Source of the DNA: a virus
Lineage: Duplodnaviria; Caudoviricetes
Virus record (IMG/VR): IMGVR_UViG_3300021514_000002
Coordinates: 64,001 to 128,000 of that record
Reading direction: 5' to 3' (one strand)
Length of the DNA stretch: 64,000 nucleotides
A model generated the notes under the pieces. The model saw nothing but the letters and a program-made list of their open reading frames with translations. It did not search any database and was not told the DNA's origin. Below, piece after piece: positions 1 through 7,934 of the stretch (positions are counted from its first letter, which is position 1; every line of letters begins with the position of its first letter). The translations under genes were made by a program, and so were the position numbers.

Positions 1-254
1 CTGATACATTCCCATTATTCTTTCCTATATGTTATGTTAAACGTAGTTTGGTAATATGTGTAGAAACTTTTTAAATAGATCTTCTGGCATTCCCGTCCCC
101 ATGTATTCAAGTAAAGTATATACGTCAATTCCAAGACCGTGTGCAATTGCGCAAGTATTGCCCCGACCTTGTCGAATTGCATACTCCATTCCTTCTGGTG
201 TATTTGGAATATCGCTTAGTTCACAGTTATTAATCATGTTTTTTACCTTTTATA

Positions 255-758
255 TTATTCATCGATTTCTACAATGTTCATTGTTTCTTCGATACCTTTG
301 AAAAGATTGTCATTGAGAAGTGGATTTATCACTTCTACAGTAAATAAAGACGTTTCTACACCAATGTTGACATTATCCTTTAACAGACAAGATACGGATA
401 TAATATTTAAATCATTAACAATTTTATCGTCTGTGATTTTTCCTGATGCTGTAGGTAGAGAAACCACCTTATCTTTATCTTGACCTGTCAATATACTTTT
501 TAACATTATCCCATGTGGCGTATCAAAAACATTCATTTTTGCCATCACATATCCATCTTCTGAATATTCTAATTTGACAGTACCTACTGTTTTGGCTAGA
601 TCTACTTTGTCAAGTGGTAAAGGTGGATAGTTACCAAACGTGACAAAATTCTCACTAAGATTAAATTTGTCAACGGCTTTTTTTAATTCATCTTTTGGGT
701 AAATGATTCCATTGAGGTTTGGTGTATCACTAGCATATATTTTGGATTTTACTTTCAT
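255..758 (-). CDS. Prohead protease-like protein (T4 gp21-like, possibly degenerate)
   Basis: DTPNLNGIIYPKDELKKAV and VFDTPHGIMLKSIL resemble the N(L/R)NGRxYP and xDTPxGxxxKxLL motifs of T4-type prohead proteases. Confidence 0.5.
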   Translation of the reverse strand: MKVKSKIYASDTPNLNGIIYPKDELKKAVDKFNLSENFVTFGNYPPLPLDKVDLAKTVGTVKLEYSEDGYVMAKMNVFDTPHGIMLKSILTGQDKDKVVSLPTASGKITDDKIVNDLNIISVSCLLKDNVNIGVETSLFTVEVINPLLNDNLFKGIEETMNIVEIDE

Positions 759-780
759 ATGTTTACCTTATGTTTTATAT

Positions 781-855
781 TGGAGCTTAGGATGGGGTTT
801 GAACCCACGTTTCGACAATACCAATGTCGTGTTCTGCCAATTGAACTACCTAAGC
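781..855 (-). tRNA. tRNA-Thr(GGT)
   Basis: Cloverleaf GCTTAGG/CCTAAGC-T-CCA; anticodon arm CGACA-TT GGT AT-TGTCG; T loop TTCAAAC. Confidence 0.93.
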
Positions 856-860
856 AATAA

Positions 861-984
861 GTGTCATTTCGTTGGCATCGAACCAATCTTCTCCCACTGC
901 GGAATTACGTTACCATATTCAAGGAGGAATCGAACCCCAACAACCCTCGGGCGGGTGTTTTACCCGTTAAACTACAAACAACAC
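861..984 (-). ncRNA. tRNA-like RNA with two T-arms
   Basis: Closing stem GTGTTGTTT/AAATGACAC, D-arm GTTT-AACGGGTA-AAAC, two TTCGAT loops (GGGG/CCTC and TTGG/CCAA); lies 5 nt upstream of tRNA-Thr. Confidence 0.6.
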
Positions 985-990
985 TGTTCT

Positions 991-1218
991 TTAATTTTCT
1001 ATACTAATATAATAAGCCAATGGTGGTGTTATCGCCATGCCGCTTCTTGCATCAAATTCATGCTTTTCACAACAAATAACTTTGTATGGTTCACCTGTAT
1101 TCTCATCGTACTTAGTTTTTGTTTCGGTTACAACTTCATAACCACCTTGACAAAAACCACTATCACCATCAATGTATACAACATCACCAGCTTCTATATC
1201 ACTAAAAAAATCTTTCAT
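991..1218 (-). CDS. Hypothetical protein
   Basis: ORF in a tightly packed minus-strand run. Confidence 0.7.
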   Translation of the reverse strand: MKDFFSDIEAGDVVYIDGDSGFCQGGYEVVTETKTKYDENTGEPYKVICCEKHEFDARSGMAITPPLAYYISIEN

Positions 1219-1220
1219 CG

Positions 1221-1415
1221 TTAATCTTCTCTGATTATTTTAAAACCTTTAATTTCTGAAAAATCGGGAAACTGGTTCCCGTTATAAATTAATCGCCATG
1301 TTCCATCATCTAATTGATCAAGATGGATCATTTGTTTACTGGTTTTAACTGCTGTTACTTTAGATAATTCTAAAATTTCATCAGTACCTTCTACTTCTAT
1401 TGCACGTCTTGTCAT
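1221..1415 (-). CDS. Hypothetical protein
   Basis: ORF overlapping its neighbour by ATGA coupling. Confidence 0.7.
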   Translation of the reverse strand: MTRRAIEVEGTDEILELSKVTAVKTSKQMIHLDQLDDGTWRLIYNGNQFPDFSEIKGFKIIRED

Positions 1416-1702
1416 TTTAATATTTCCATCGCTCTATTAAAACTAGTAATGATATTTTTTTGTTTAACTTCTACATTTTTATCAAGATAATCTTCAACCA
1501 TTTCTTGAATGACTTCATCATATGATTCTAATTTCATTTCAGATTCAGAATCATTAATTTCTTTGATAATACTTGTTATCAATTCATCTGCGTTTTCACA
1601 ATCTCCCCGTAAAAAAACTGGGCAATCTTCACCACATTCACCACTCATGCCAACACTATGGCAGCTAAAGTTATATTGATCATCCCAATCATCATCTATC
1701 AT
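1412..1702 (-). CDS. Cys-rich acidic hypothetical protein (paralog of 1699-1905)
   Basis: GECGEDCPVFLRGDCE motif; C-terminus FNRAMEILK. Confidence 0.7.
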   Translation of the reverse strand: MIDDDWDDQYNFSCHSVGMSGECGEDCPVFLRGDCENADELITSIIKEINDSESEMKLESYDEVIQEMVEDYLDKNVEVKQKNIITSFNRAMEILK

Positions 1703-1905
1703 TTCAATATTTCCATCGCATCATCGAACGCATCATGTGGATTATAATCGTCTTCAATTAAACCCCAATCAATTAATTCTTCTATCAACCCTTGTTCTTT
1801 TAGCATGTCAACGATTTCATCTTCTATTGGGCAGTCAGCTTCACGTAAAACAGGACAATCCATACCACATCCCCCATTTATACTAATTGTATCACAACTA
1901 TTCAT
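1699..1905 (-). CDS. Cys-rich acidic hypothetical protein (paralog of 1412-1702)
   Basis: GGCGMDCPVLREADCP motif; C-terminus FDDAMEILK. Confidence 0.7.
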   Translation of the reverse strand: MNSCDTISINGGCGMDCPVLREADCPIEDEIVDMLKEQGLIEELIDWGLIEDDYNPHDAFDDAMEILK

Positions 1906-2171
1906 GTCATTTCCTTACTAAATTTGACTGCATTTTAGGAGTCGAACTGTACCAGTAAATTGCGTTTTATAATTCTGTTACGTATTCTAATGTAATATCT
2001 ACAATTTCTTCATTGCCATCATCAAATGTGTATATGACTATATTATTTGCGTCCATTGTTACGTCTAGCAATTTTGCATTGGGGGTAAACCCTTAGTACA
2101 TTTTCGTGCTATCGTGCTTTTACGGTATAAATCTTCAACCGCTTCATGTGTAATTTTTAACCTAAGCATTG

Positions 2172-2462
2172 TTATTCCTTATTCTTACTTTCACAGCGTG
2201 GACATTTTGCACCTGTTGGATAAGGTACACCATGAACTGCGCATTCATAGTACATTTCTGAACCAAACCCAGAGTAATAAGCTTTGTCTTGGGTTGTTTT
2301 ATAAATTTTTTCAAGTTTAATTGTAAGGTTATTTAAAGTCCTATGGATAAATTCACGATCTTTTTTGGATTCATTCATATATTCAAACCAATCATCGATC
2401 TTATTGATAGCTTTCTTATATTCTTCCAATACCAATTTCGTGTTTTTATTTTGTGTGCTCAT
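2172..2462 (-). CDS. Hypothetical protein with C-terminal Zn-binding motif
   Basis: CxxH...CxxC at the C-terminus. Confidence 0.65.
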   Translation of the reverse strand: MSTQNKNTKLVLEEYKKAINKIDDWFEYMNESKKDREFIHRTLNNLTIKLEKIYKTTQDKAYYSGFGSEMYYECAVHGVPYPTGAKCPRCESKNKE

Positions 2463-2672
2463 AAGTAATCCTATTTTATTGTAATTTCCCTTACCACCTT
2501 ATCGTGGCTAGTTAATACCATGTTAGCATATTTGATAATCTCTTCTTCTGCAGATTTTATATCATTATATCTGCCCATTATTTGTGACCACTTACCAAAA
2601 ATCCAAATGCCTTCAAATGACTGAATACAATAGGAACCATTATTTTTAATAACACGATATTTAAGTTTCATT

Positions 2673-2855
2673 TTATTTTGCCTTTGATATCTTTGTTGCA
2701 GCAACAATAATGCTTGCTACAAACGAAATAAGAAGAGTAAGAACAAATGGATACGTCCACCAATTTTCAAATACATGGCTATCTATTAATAGATAGCCGA
2801 ACCAAAAACATAACCACAAAGTAACAAATGGCAATAGCCACCATATATATTTCAT
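2673..2855 (-). CDS. Small two-helix membrane protein
   Basis: Two hydrophobic stretches. Confidence 0.6.
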   Translation of the reverse strand: MKYIWWLLPFVTLWLCFWFGYLLIDSHVFENWWTYPFVLTLLISFVASIIVAATKISKAK

Positions 2856-2857
2856 AA

Positions 2858-3328
2858 TTAATCCTTCAAATATTCATACGCAGTGAAATACTTTTCAAGA
2901 CGTTCAAAGTCTTTTTTACGCAAACCTTTCATACGCAAGATACGAGAATTGTGATCTAGATCTTCTCTTTTAACTAAACGTGCGTCAGTATTCATTGCAA
3001 GGATTTTAATATATTCCATATAAGGCATACCATCTTCGTGTGTCAGAGCTTTAACTGCGGCAAGAACGCGTTCAGAAAATCCCATAGCTCTAAGATTTTC
3101 AATAGTATAATCAGTATCTTCAATTAAATCATGAAGTACTGCTATTGTCATAAGTTCTTCATCATCCATGCCCACTTGAAACATTACATATAAGCAATGT
3201 AATACGTAATATTTTCCGCCTTTATCTTTGCGACCTTCAAATGCCTTTGATACTAATGTGATTGCTTTGTCTAACATGTTAATTTCCTTGAGTTTTTGTA
3301 TTATAACACAATTAATTATATTTTGCAA
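2858..3328 (-). CDS. HD-domain (p)ppGpp hydrolase-like protein (Mesh1/SpoT HD family)
   Basis: RKDKGGKYYVLHC, AVLHDLIEDT, VKxxDxxHN-like motifs. Confidence 0.82.
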   Translation of the reverse strand: MQNIINCVIIQKLKEINMLDKAITLVSKAFEGRKDKGGKYYVLHCLYVMFQVGMDDEELMTIAVLHDLIEDTDYTIENLRAMGFSERVLAAVKALTHEDGMPYMEYIKILAMNTDARLVKREDLDHNSRILRMKGLRKKDFERLEKYFTAYEYLKD

Positions 3329-3350
3329 CCTAAATTGATTACACTATTAC

Positions 3351-4763
3351 TTACCATTTCATTAAATAAGATAAGAATGTACGAACCCCAAATCCAGTTC
3401 CACCTGATTGGTTTGTACCAAACGGCTTATCAGCAAAAGCAGGTCCAGCAATATCTAAATGTAAATATTTTTTCTTTCCCTCTTCGGTCAATGCATTTGT
3501 CAAGAACAATCCCGCCTTATGACATCCTTGGTATTTTGTTCCCATGTTTGACAAGTCTGCAAGTTTGTCATCAACACCATCGAGCATAAATTTATGGAAT
3601 TCCGCGTTACAGAAAATTTCACCTTCTTTAAGTCCTACGGTTTTGATTTTATCTTTCATTTCATCTGCGAATCCGACCATGCCTGCCGCTTCTGCACCAA
3701 ATGCCGCCAATGCAGCACCTGTCAAGGTAGCGAACGTATACATTTCATCAAAATCTGGATTTTCTTCTTCAGCCAATACCATGTTGTCAAATAATACTAG
3801 GCGTCCTTCTGCATCGGTATTTTTAACATGAACGGTTTTCTTGTTCTTCATAGTAAGAACATCCCCAGGTTTATACGAGTGTTCATTAATCATATTTTCT
3901 GCTAAAGCAATATAGGCAGTTACATAATATGGTGAGCCGATTTCCACAAGACCTTTCATGATTCCCAAAACAGTCATAGCACCTGCTTTATCGCATTTCA
4001 TATTAACCATGCTGTCGGTTGGTTTAATAGAAAGCCCACCACTATCGTATGTCAATCCTTTACCAATTAATACCACATGTTTTGAAAAATCGCTTCTTCG
4101 TAATCCTTGCGGCGTGTATGTTAATTTTACGGTCATGGCAGGATGCGGGGACGAACGATTGACGGCAAGGTGTCCGTTCATTTCTAACTTTGATAATTCT
4201 GATTCGTCATATTTGGTGACTGTGATATTATCTACATCTGCAAACATATCAATAATTGTGTTAGTTATCGTAACAGAAGTCATATCTTCGGCGGTGCCAT
4301 TAACCATATCACGCGTAAAACATTGCGCGTTTGCACGGTTAGTGGCTCTGTGTATACATTGTTCTATCACTTCATCGTGAGCATCTTTTAGAACATTAGG
4401 ATAAAGGATAATTTTATTAAGAATGTTACTTTTTGGTTCTGATTTGTACTTTTGAAAACTATAATCACCTAAAACCAAACCTTCTAAAAACTCTTGACAA
4501 TTTGCAGGTACTTCAATATCTACAGATTCAATATTAAGATTATTAAGATGTTGCATTAGGTTGAAACCAGATTCCCGCCAATCATCTTGCAGCATATCTT
4601 CTTTTTGTAAAACGTAAACATAGCCAGCTGTGGCATCGGTATGTATTTTGAAACTTTCGCCAAGCATTACAATACTTGGAATTGTTTTGACTTTTTCTTT
4701 AGTAAGAAATTTTACGCCTAATTTTGATTTTTTTTGGTCATCTATCGCTAATATTAATTTCAT
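3351..4763 (-). CDS. Leucyl aminopeptidase (peptidase M17)
   Basis: GKGLTYDSGG, MKCDKAGA, NTDAEGRL, TLTGA, HLDIAG motifs. Confidence 0.95.
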   Translation of the reverse strand: MKLILAIDDQKKSKLGVKFLTKEKVKTIPSIVMLGESFKIHTDATAGYVYVLQKEDMLQDDWRESGFNLMQHLNNLNIESVDIEVPANCQEFLEGLVLGDYSFQKYKSEPKSNILNKIILYPNVLKDAHDEVIEQCIHRATNRANAQCFTRDMVNGTAEDMTSVTITNTIIDMFADVDNITVTKYDESELSKLEMNGHLAVNRSSPHPAMTVKLTYTPQGLRRSDFSKHVVLIGKGLTYDSGGLSIKPTDSMVNMKCDKAGAMTVLGIMKGLVEIGSPYYVTAYIALAENMINEHSYKPGDVLTMKNKKTVHVKNTDAEGRLVLFDNMVLAEEENPDFDEMYTFATLTGAALAAFGAEAAGMVGFADEMKDKIKTVGLKEGEIFCNAEFHKFMLDGVDDKLADLSNMGTKYQGCHKAGLFLTNALTEEGKKKYLHLDIAGPAFADKPFGTNQSGGTGFGVRTFLSYLMKW

Positions 4764-4805
4764 CTTACATCCTTTATATTGTATTTTCTCGCGTTACTAC
4801 ACTTC

Positions 4806-4834
4806 AGTATACAGGATTTAAAAAGGAATGTCAA
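4806..4834 (-). promoter_or_regulatory. sigma70-type promoter for the aminopeptidase block
   Basis: TTGACA-N17-TATACT on the minus strand. Confidence 0.7.
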
Positions 4835-4840
4835 TAATTT

Positions 4841-4916
4841 TGGTGGGAACGGTGGGAGTTGAACCCACGCCTTTCTGATTAAGAGTCAGATATACTAGCC
4901 ACTATACGACGTTCCC
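4841..4916 (-). tRNA. tRNA-Lys(CTT)
   Basis: GGGAACG/CGTTCCC-A-CCA; TCTGA-CT CTT AA-TCAGA. Confidence 0.95.
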
Positions 4917-4922
4917 GTTATT

Positions 4923-4998
4923 TGGTAGTCCCGCACGGAATCGAACCGTGTGTAGTCTTCTTTGTAAGAGAAGTGCGTCGCCATTCAGCATCGGGACT
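4923..4998 (-). tRNA. tRNA-Val(TAC)
   Basis: AGTCCCG/CGGGACT-A-CCA; CTTCT-CT TAC AA-AGAAG; TTCGATT T loop. Confidence 0.93.
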
Positions 4999-5179
4999 AG
5001 TGTTTATTTTTTCTGGCTATCATTAAAGACTAAAGGTTCACCTTCATCTTTTATAACGGCTTCAAGTAATCGTTTTGCTTCTTCAAAATATTCCATGGAT
5101 GATTCATCAACGCCATCTGCAGGACAAAAATAAATATTCATTTTCTTTTTCCGTTGTTTCATTTTCGTTCTCCGTTGTT

Positions 5180-5270
5180 TGGCTCCCTCGGGTGGATTCG
5201 AACCACCATAACGCTTTCAAGTATACGCTTGTTTAACAGACAAGTCTCTTACCAGTTAGAGTACAAGGGA
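5180..5270 (-). tRNA. tRNA-Asn(GTT) with 20-nt variable region
   Basis: TCCCTTG/CGAGGGA-G-CCA; CTTGT-CT GTT AA-ACAAG; variable region CGTATACTTGAAAGCGTTAT. Confidence 0.88.
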
Positions 5271-5277
5271 ATAAATT

Positions 5278-5353
5278 TGGCTGGCACGGTGGGATTCGAA
5301 CCCACATACACTTGTTTAACAGACAAGCCTCCTACCGGATAGAGCACACGCCA
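5278..5353 (-). tRNA. tRNA-Asn(GTT)
   Basis: TGGCGTG/CGTGCCA-G-CCA; same anticodon arm as the neighbouring Asn; 5-nt variable loop. Confidence 0.93.
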
Positions 5354-5469
5354 ATAACTTTTTACTTATCAAACCATAGATGTAAAATCCTTTCAACTTC
5401 ATCTAACAATTCGTTCATTTCTTTAATTAATTCATCTTTACTTTTCATTTCTTTTCCTATCTTTCAATT

Positions 5470-5557
5470 TGGTGCCAGCAGTAGGATTCGAACCTACAGT
5501 GAGTTTTCACCCGCCGGATTACAAAACCGGTGCAATACCTGATTATGCGATACTGGC
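5470..5557 (-). tRNA. tRNA-Thr(TGT) with long variable arm
   Basis: GCCAGTA/TGCTGGC-A-CCA; CCGGT-TT TGT AA-TCCGG with a U31-U39 mismatch; variable arm GTGA-AAAC-TCAC. Confidence 0.82.
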
Positions 5558-5718
5558 AATTGTACTACTTTGCGACATTTCAGCCCTCGTCAAATATAGC
5601 ACGTATTCGTTTACCTAAAGCAGCAGCCTGTTCTCTTACATGTTTAGAACTTTCAAGCTGTTCAGGTGTAATTTCTTTTTGTTCAAATTCTTTGGCACCT
5701 TCACCAACAAATTTTAAA

Positions 5719-6057
5719 TTAGGAAACGCTTCTTTCATGTTCATGTTTTTCACCTATATAATATTTTAATCTTTTAATAACTTCTTCGCTGTATTCTTTA
5801 CCTTTAGTATCTAATAAAGACATTTCAATTTTTAAAAGAATTGTTTTAATATTCCAGTTACTGATTAAACCGTTTTCATAAAAATCGATCCAATCAATAA
5901 CCATATTTTGTTTTTCAAATTCATCAATAATAAAATCAAGGGGTAAACCATGTGTTTCTACTATTTTAAAAACACCTTTTATTACTTGTTTATTATCTGA
6001 TGTTATCCCTGAAGTGTCAAGGTGTTTCTTTTTCCTACCGCGTTTGGCGATTTCATT
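5719..6057 (-). CDS. Small protein with an AlaRS-like segment; start codon uncertain
   Basis: Frame open from 6057 to 5719 reads GVFKIVETHGLPLDFIIDEFEKQNMVIDWIDF, resembling the F-x-L-YDTxGFPxD...VDxxGF segment of alanyl-tRNA synthetase; first in-frame ATG only at 5904. Confidence 0.5.
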   Translation of the reverse strand, partial: NEIAKRGRKKKHLDTSGITSDNKQVIKGVFKIVETHGLPLDFIIDEFEKQNMVIDWIDFYENGLISNWNIKTILLKIEMSLLDTKGKEYSEEVIKRLKYYIGEKHEHERSVS

Positions 6058-6060
6058 TCA

Positions 6061-6276
6061 TTATCCCCCGTCTTTAGATTCTTCAATAAGGTTTAAATGT
6101 TTTCTTATCCATCGCATGAATAATATTGCTTTGTCTTCACTATTAAATGCTGCAGTGCCTGCATCACTTATTGGTACAGGAAATTCAAATCCACATTCAG
6201 TAACGTACCATAATTCGCCTTCTTTATAAAATAAAAACTTTACTACTTTACCTTTAACCATATCTTTAATAGACAT
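6061..6276 (-). CDS. Hypothetical protein
   Basis: ORF with RBS between tRNA genes. Confidence 0.7.
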   Translation of the reverse strand: MSIKDMVKGKVVKFLFYKEGELWYVTECGFEFPVPISDAGTAAFNSEDKAILFMRWIRKHLNLIEESKDGG

Positions 6277-6294
6277 TTTCTTCTTCCTAGTTTG

Positions 6295-6367
6295 TGGAGC
6301 AGACGGGATTTGAACCCGCCGCAGAAAATCTTGCCAGAATTTCTCGTCCCCTTAGACATACTGCCCC
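6295..6367 (-). tRNA. tRNA-Ala(GGC), no encoded CCA
   Basis: GGGGCAG/CTGCTCC-A with G3-U70; loop CT GGC AA; followed by CAA instead of CCA. Confidence 0.87.
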
Positions 6368-6376
6368 GTTGTTGTT

Positions 6377-6451
6377 TGGTAGCCCCGTCAAGACTCGAAC
6401 TTGACTCTAACGGTTATCAGCCGTTTGTAATCACCCATATACTACGGGGCT
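6377..6451 (-). tRNA. tRNA-Ile(GAT)
   Basis: AGCCCCG/CGGGGCT-A-CCA; AACGG-CT GAT AA-CCGTT. Confidence 0.94.
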
Positions 6452-6517
6452 ATAGCCGTCTTTTACTGCTGTCATACAGCACCTACAAGTAGGAGGTCGA
6501 TTACAACGGTCGCCTAT
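6452..6517 (-). ncRNA. Structured RNA element abutting the 5' end of tRNA-Ile
   Basis: Closing stems ATAG/CTAT and CCGT/ACGG enclose hairpins CCTA-CTTG-TAGG and TGCTGT-ATG-ACAGCA. Confidence 0.4.
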
Positions 6518-6615
6518 TTTAATATAATCTTTATTCTTCCACTCAGTCCGGTAACTAGTATGGATGTGGGAGGCTCATTCAACCTGTGTACTATATTAAA
6601 ATTCTTTTATACTAA

Positions 6616-6939
6616 TTACTTCTTATCTGGATACTGTGCATCCAGTTCATCAATGTAAGCGTAAGGACTTTGCCCTGGCTTAAATATTTTGATATTCTTA
6701 AAACCATTATCTTCGGTAATAAGACTATCTTTTTCATCAATGGAACCACGATGTTTTGCACCATATTTTCCTTCAACTTTACCAGTCGCGGGATTTAAAT
6801 CACCCCATTTAATATGAGGATCTCCCATTGGTTCTACTGCATACGTTTTTCCTGTTCTGAAAGAAACAATCATATGTCTTCCAGTATCTTCGGTTTTTTC
6901 AAAAAACTTCTTTCTAAATTCTGGTGACAACATTGTCAT
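6616..6939 (-). CDS. Hypothetical protein (start trimmed to MTMLSPEF)
   Basis: The longer ORF call runs through tRNA-Lys; RBS AGGAG precedes the ATG at 6939. Confidence 0.7.
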   Translation of the reverse strand: MTMLSPEFRKKFFEKTEDTGRHMIVSFRTGKTYAVEPMGDPHIKWGDLNPATGKVEGKYGAKHRGSIDEKDSLITEDNGFKNIKIFKPGQSPYAYIDELDAQYPDKK

Positions 6940-6959
6940 TCTCCTTTTTATTATAAATT

Positions 6960-7035
6960 TGGTGGACTGCCCCAGCCACGATCTGGGAACCTCTCGATTA
7001 AAAGTCGAGTACTCTGCCAATTGAGTTAGCAGTCC
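6960..7035 (-). tRNA. tRNA-Lys(TTT) with atypical T loop
   Basis: GGACTGC/GCAGTCC-A-CCA; CTCGA-CT TTT AA-TCGAG; T arm CCCAG-ATCGTGG-CTGGG. Confidence 0.88.
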
Positions 7036-7040
7036 TAATC

Positions 7041-7664
7041 TTAATATTCTATTCCCCATTCATTTAATGTCGTTTTGACTCTGTTATAATTGTTACCCTT
7101 TGCCGCCAATCCAAGCTTTAATAAACATTGTCTAATATTACCAGTTTCTATATACGTTTTAACTATCTGCTCTGCCGTAATAGGTTCTTTAGTTACTTTC
7201 TTTTTATTTCTACCACGCCAAGTAAGTGTTAAACTATGACAATTGGGACATAACCCTTCAAGGTTCCCCCTTTCATTATTTTGATTATCCCCATCTTTAT
7301 GTTCTAGTTCAAGAACTAATGGTTGATTTAACCATCTGTCCAGTTTACATCTATTACATTTATGTTCCTGTTCAAGAAAAACTCGCTTACGAATCCTTCC
7401 AAACTTCAAACTACTAAAATCTTCCGCTAGTAGTTTAGTTTCCCAAGTCTTCTTTCGTTTTTCTATCATATTTTCTATTACTATTGGATCTAATAATGGG
7501 GTCTTCAATCTCCCCTCCTGCATAGCACTCTTAACGCTATTAGAAATTTTTCTTTTTGTTTCGGCAGTCTTGATTCTACTGTTTGCACATCCACGGGAAC
7601 AAAACTTCCCACTTCCGAACGTACCATCATGCTCTTTATTGCATTTTATATTTTTACATTTCAT
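7041..7664 (-). CDS. HNH homing endonuclease
   Basis: CNRC...LELEHKDGDNQNNERGNLEGLCPNCHS; inserted between tRNAs; late promoter TATAAATA at 7684-7691. Confidence 0.88.
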   Translation of the reverse strand: MKCKNIKCNKEHDGTFGSGKFCSRGCANSRIKTAETKRKISNSVKSAMQEGRLKTPLLDPIVIENMIEKRKKTWETKLLAEDFSSLKFGRIRKRVFLEQEHKCNRCKLDRWLNQPLVLELEHKDGDNQNNERGNLEGLCPNCHSLTLTWRGRNKKKVTKEPITAEQIVKTYIETGNIRQCLLKLGLAAKGNNYNRVKTTLNEWGIEY

Positions 7665-7720
7665 ATTCGTACCCCTTTTAACTTATTTATATCAATAGTT
7701 AAAAAGTGTGCGATTAAAAT

Positions 7721-7794
7721 TGGTGGAGCTACAGGGAATCGAACCCTGGTCTTCGCGGTGCAAGCGCAACGTAATCCCGTTATACTACAGCCCC
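7721..7794 (-). tRNA. tRNA-Ala(TGC)
   Basis: GGGGCTG/TAGCTCC-A-CCA with G3-U70; loop CT TGC AC. Confidence 0.95.
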
Positions 7795-7798
7795 AAAA

Positions 7799-7877
7799 TG
7801 TAGTCCCTATCGCTGACGTACTTCACATACGCTTAGGATGATTACCATCGTCCCAGTTATGATAGGATTTACCTACA
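7799..7877 (-). ncRNA. Structured three-way-junction RNA between tRNA-Lys and tRNA-Ala
   Basis: TGTAG/CTACA and TCCTATC/GATAGGG stems enclose GATG-GTAAT-CATC and GCGTA-TGTGAAG-TACGT hairpins. Confidence 0.45.
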
Positions 7878-7934
7878 CAAACTAATCTACTTGTTAAAGA
7901 ACAAATACACCATCAAGGGTATATTTTAAAAACT

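Noticed and set aside
703-1224. 173-aa plus-strand ORF
   Set aside because: Antisense to tRNA-Thr, the tRNA-like element and a real minus-strand gene.
5470-5557. Reading this long-arm tRNA as Tyr(GTA)
   Set aside because: Centring GTA breaks the anticodon stem. Centring TGT gives four Watson-Crick pairs, and the G1-C72/C2-G71 acceptor fits Thr.
6940-7059. N-terminal extension of ORF 6616-7059
   Set aside because: It runs through tRNA-Lys; the RBS supports a start at 6939.
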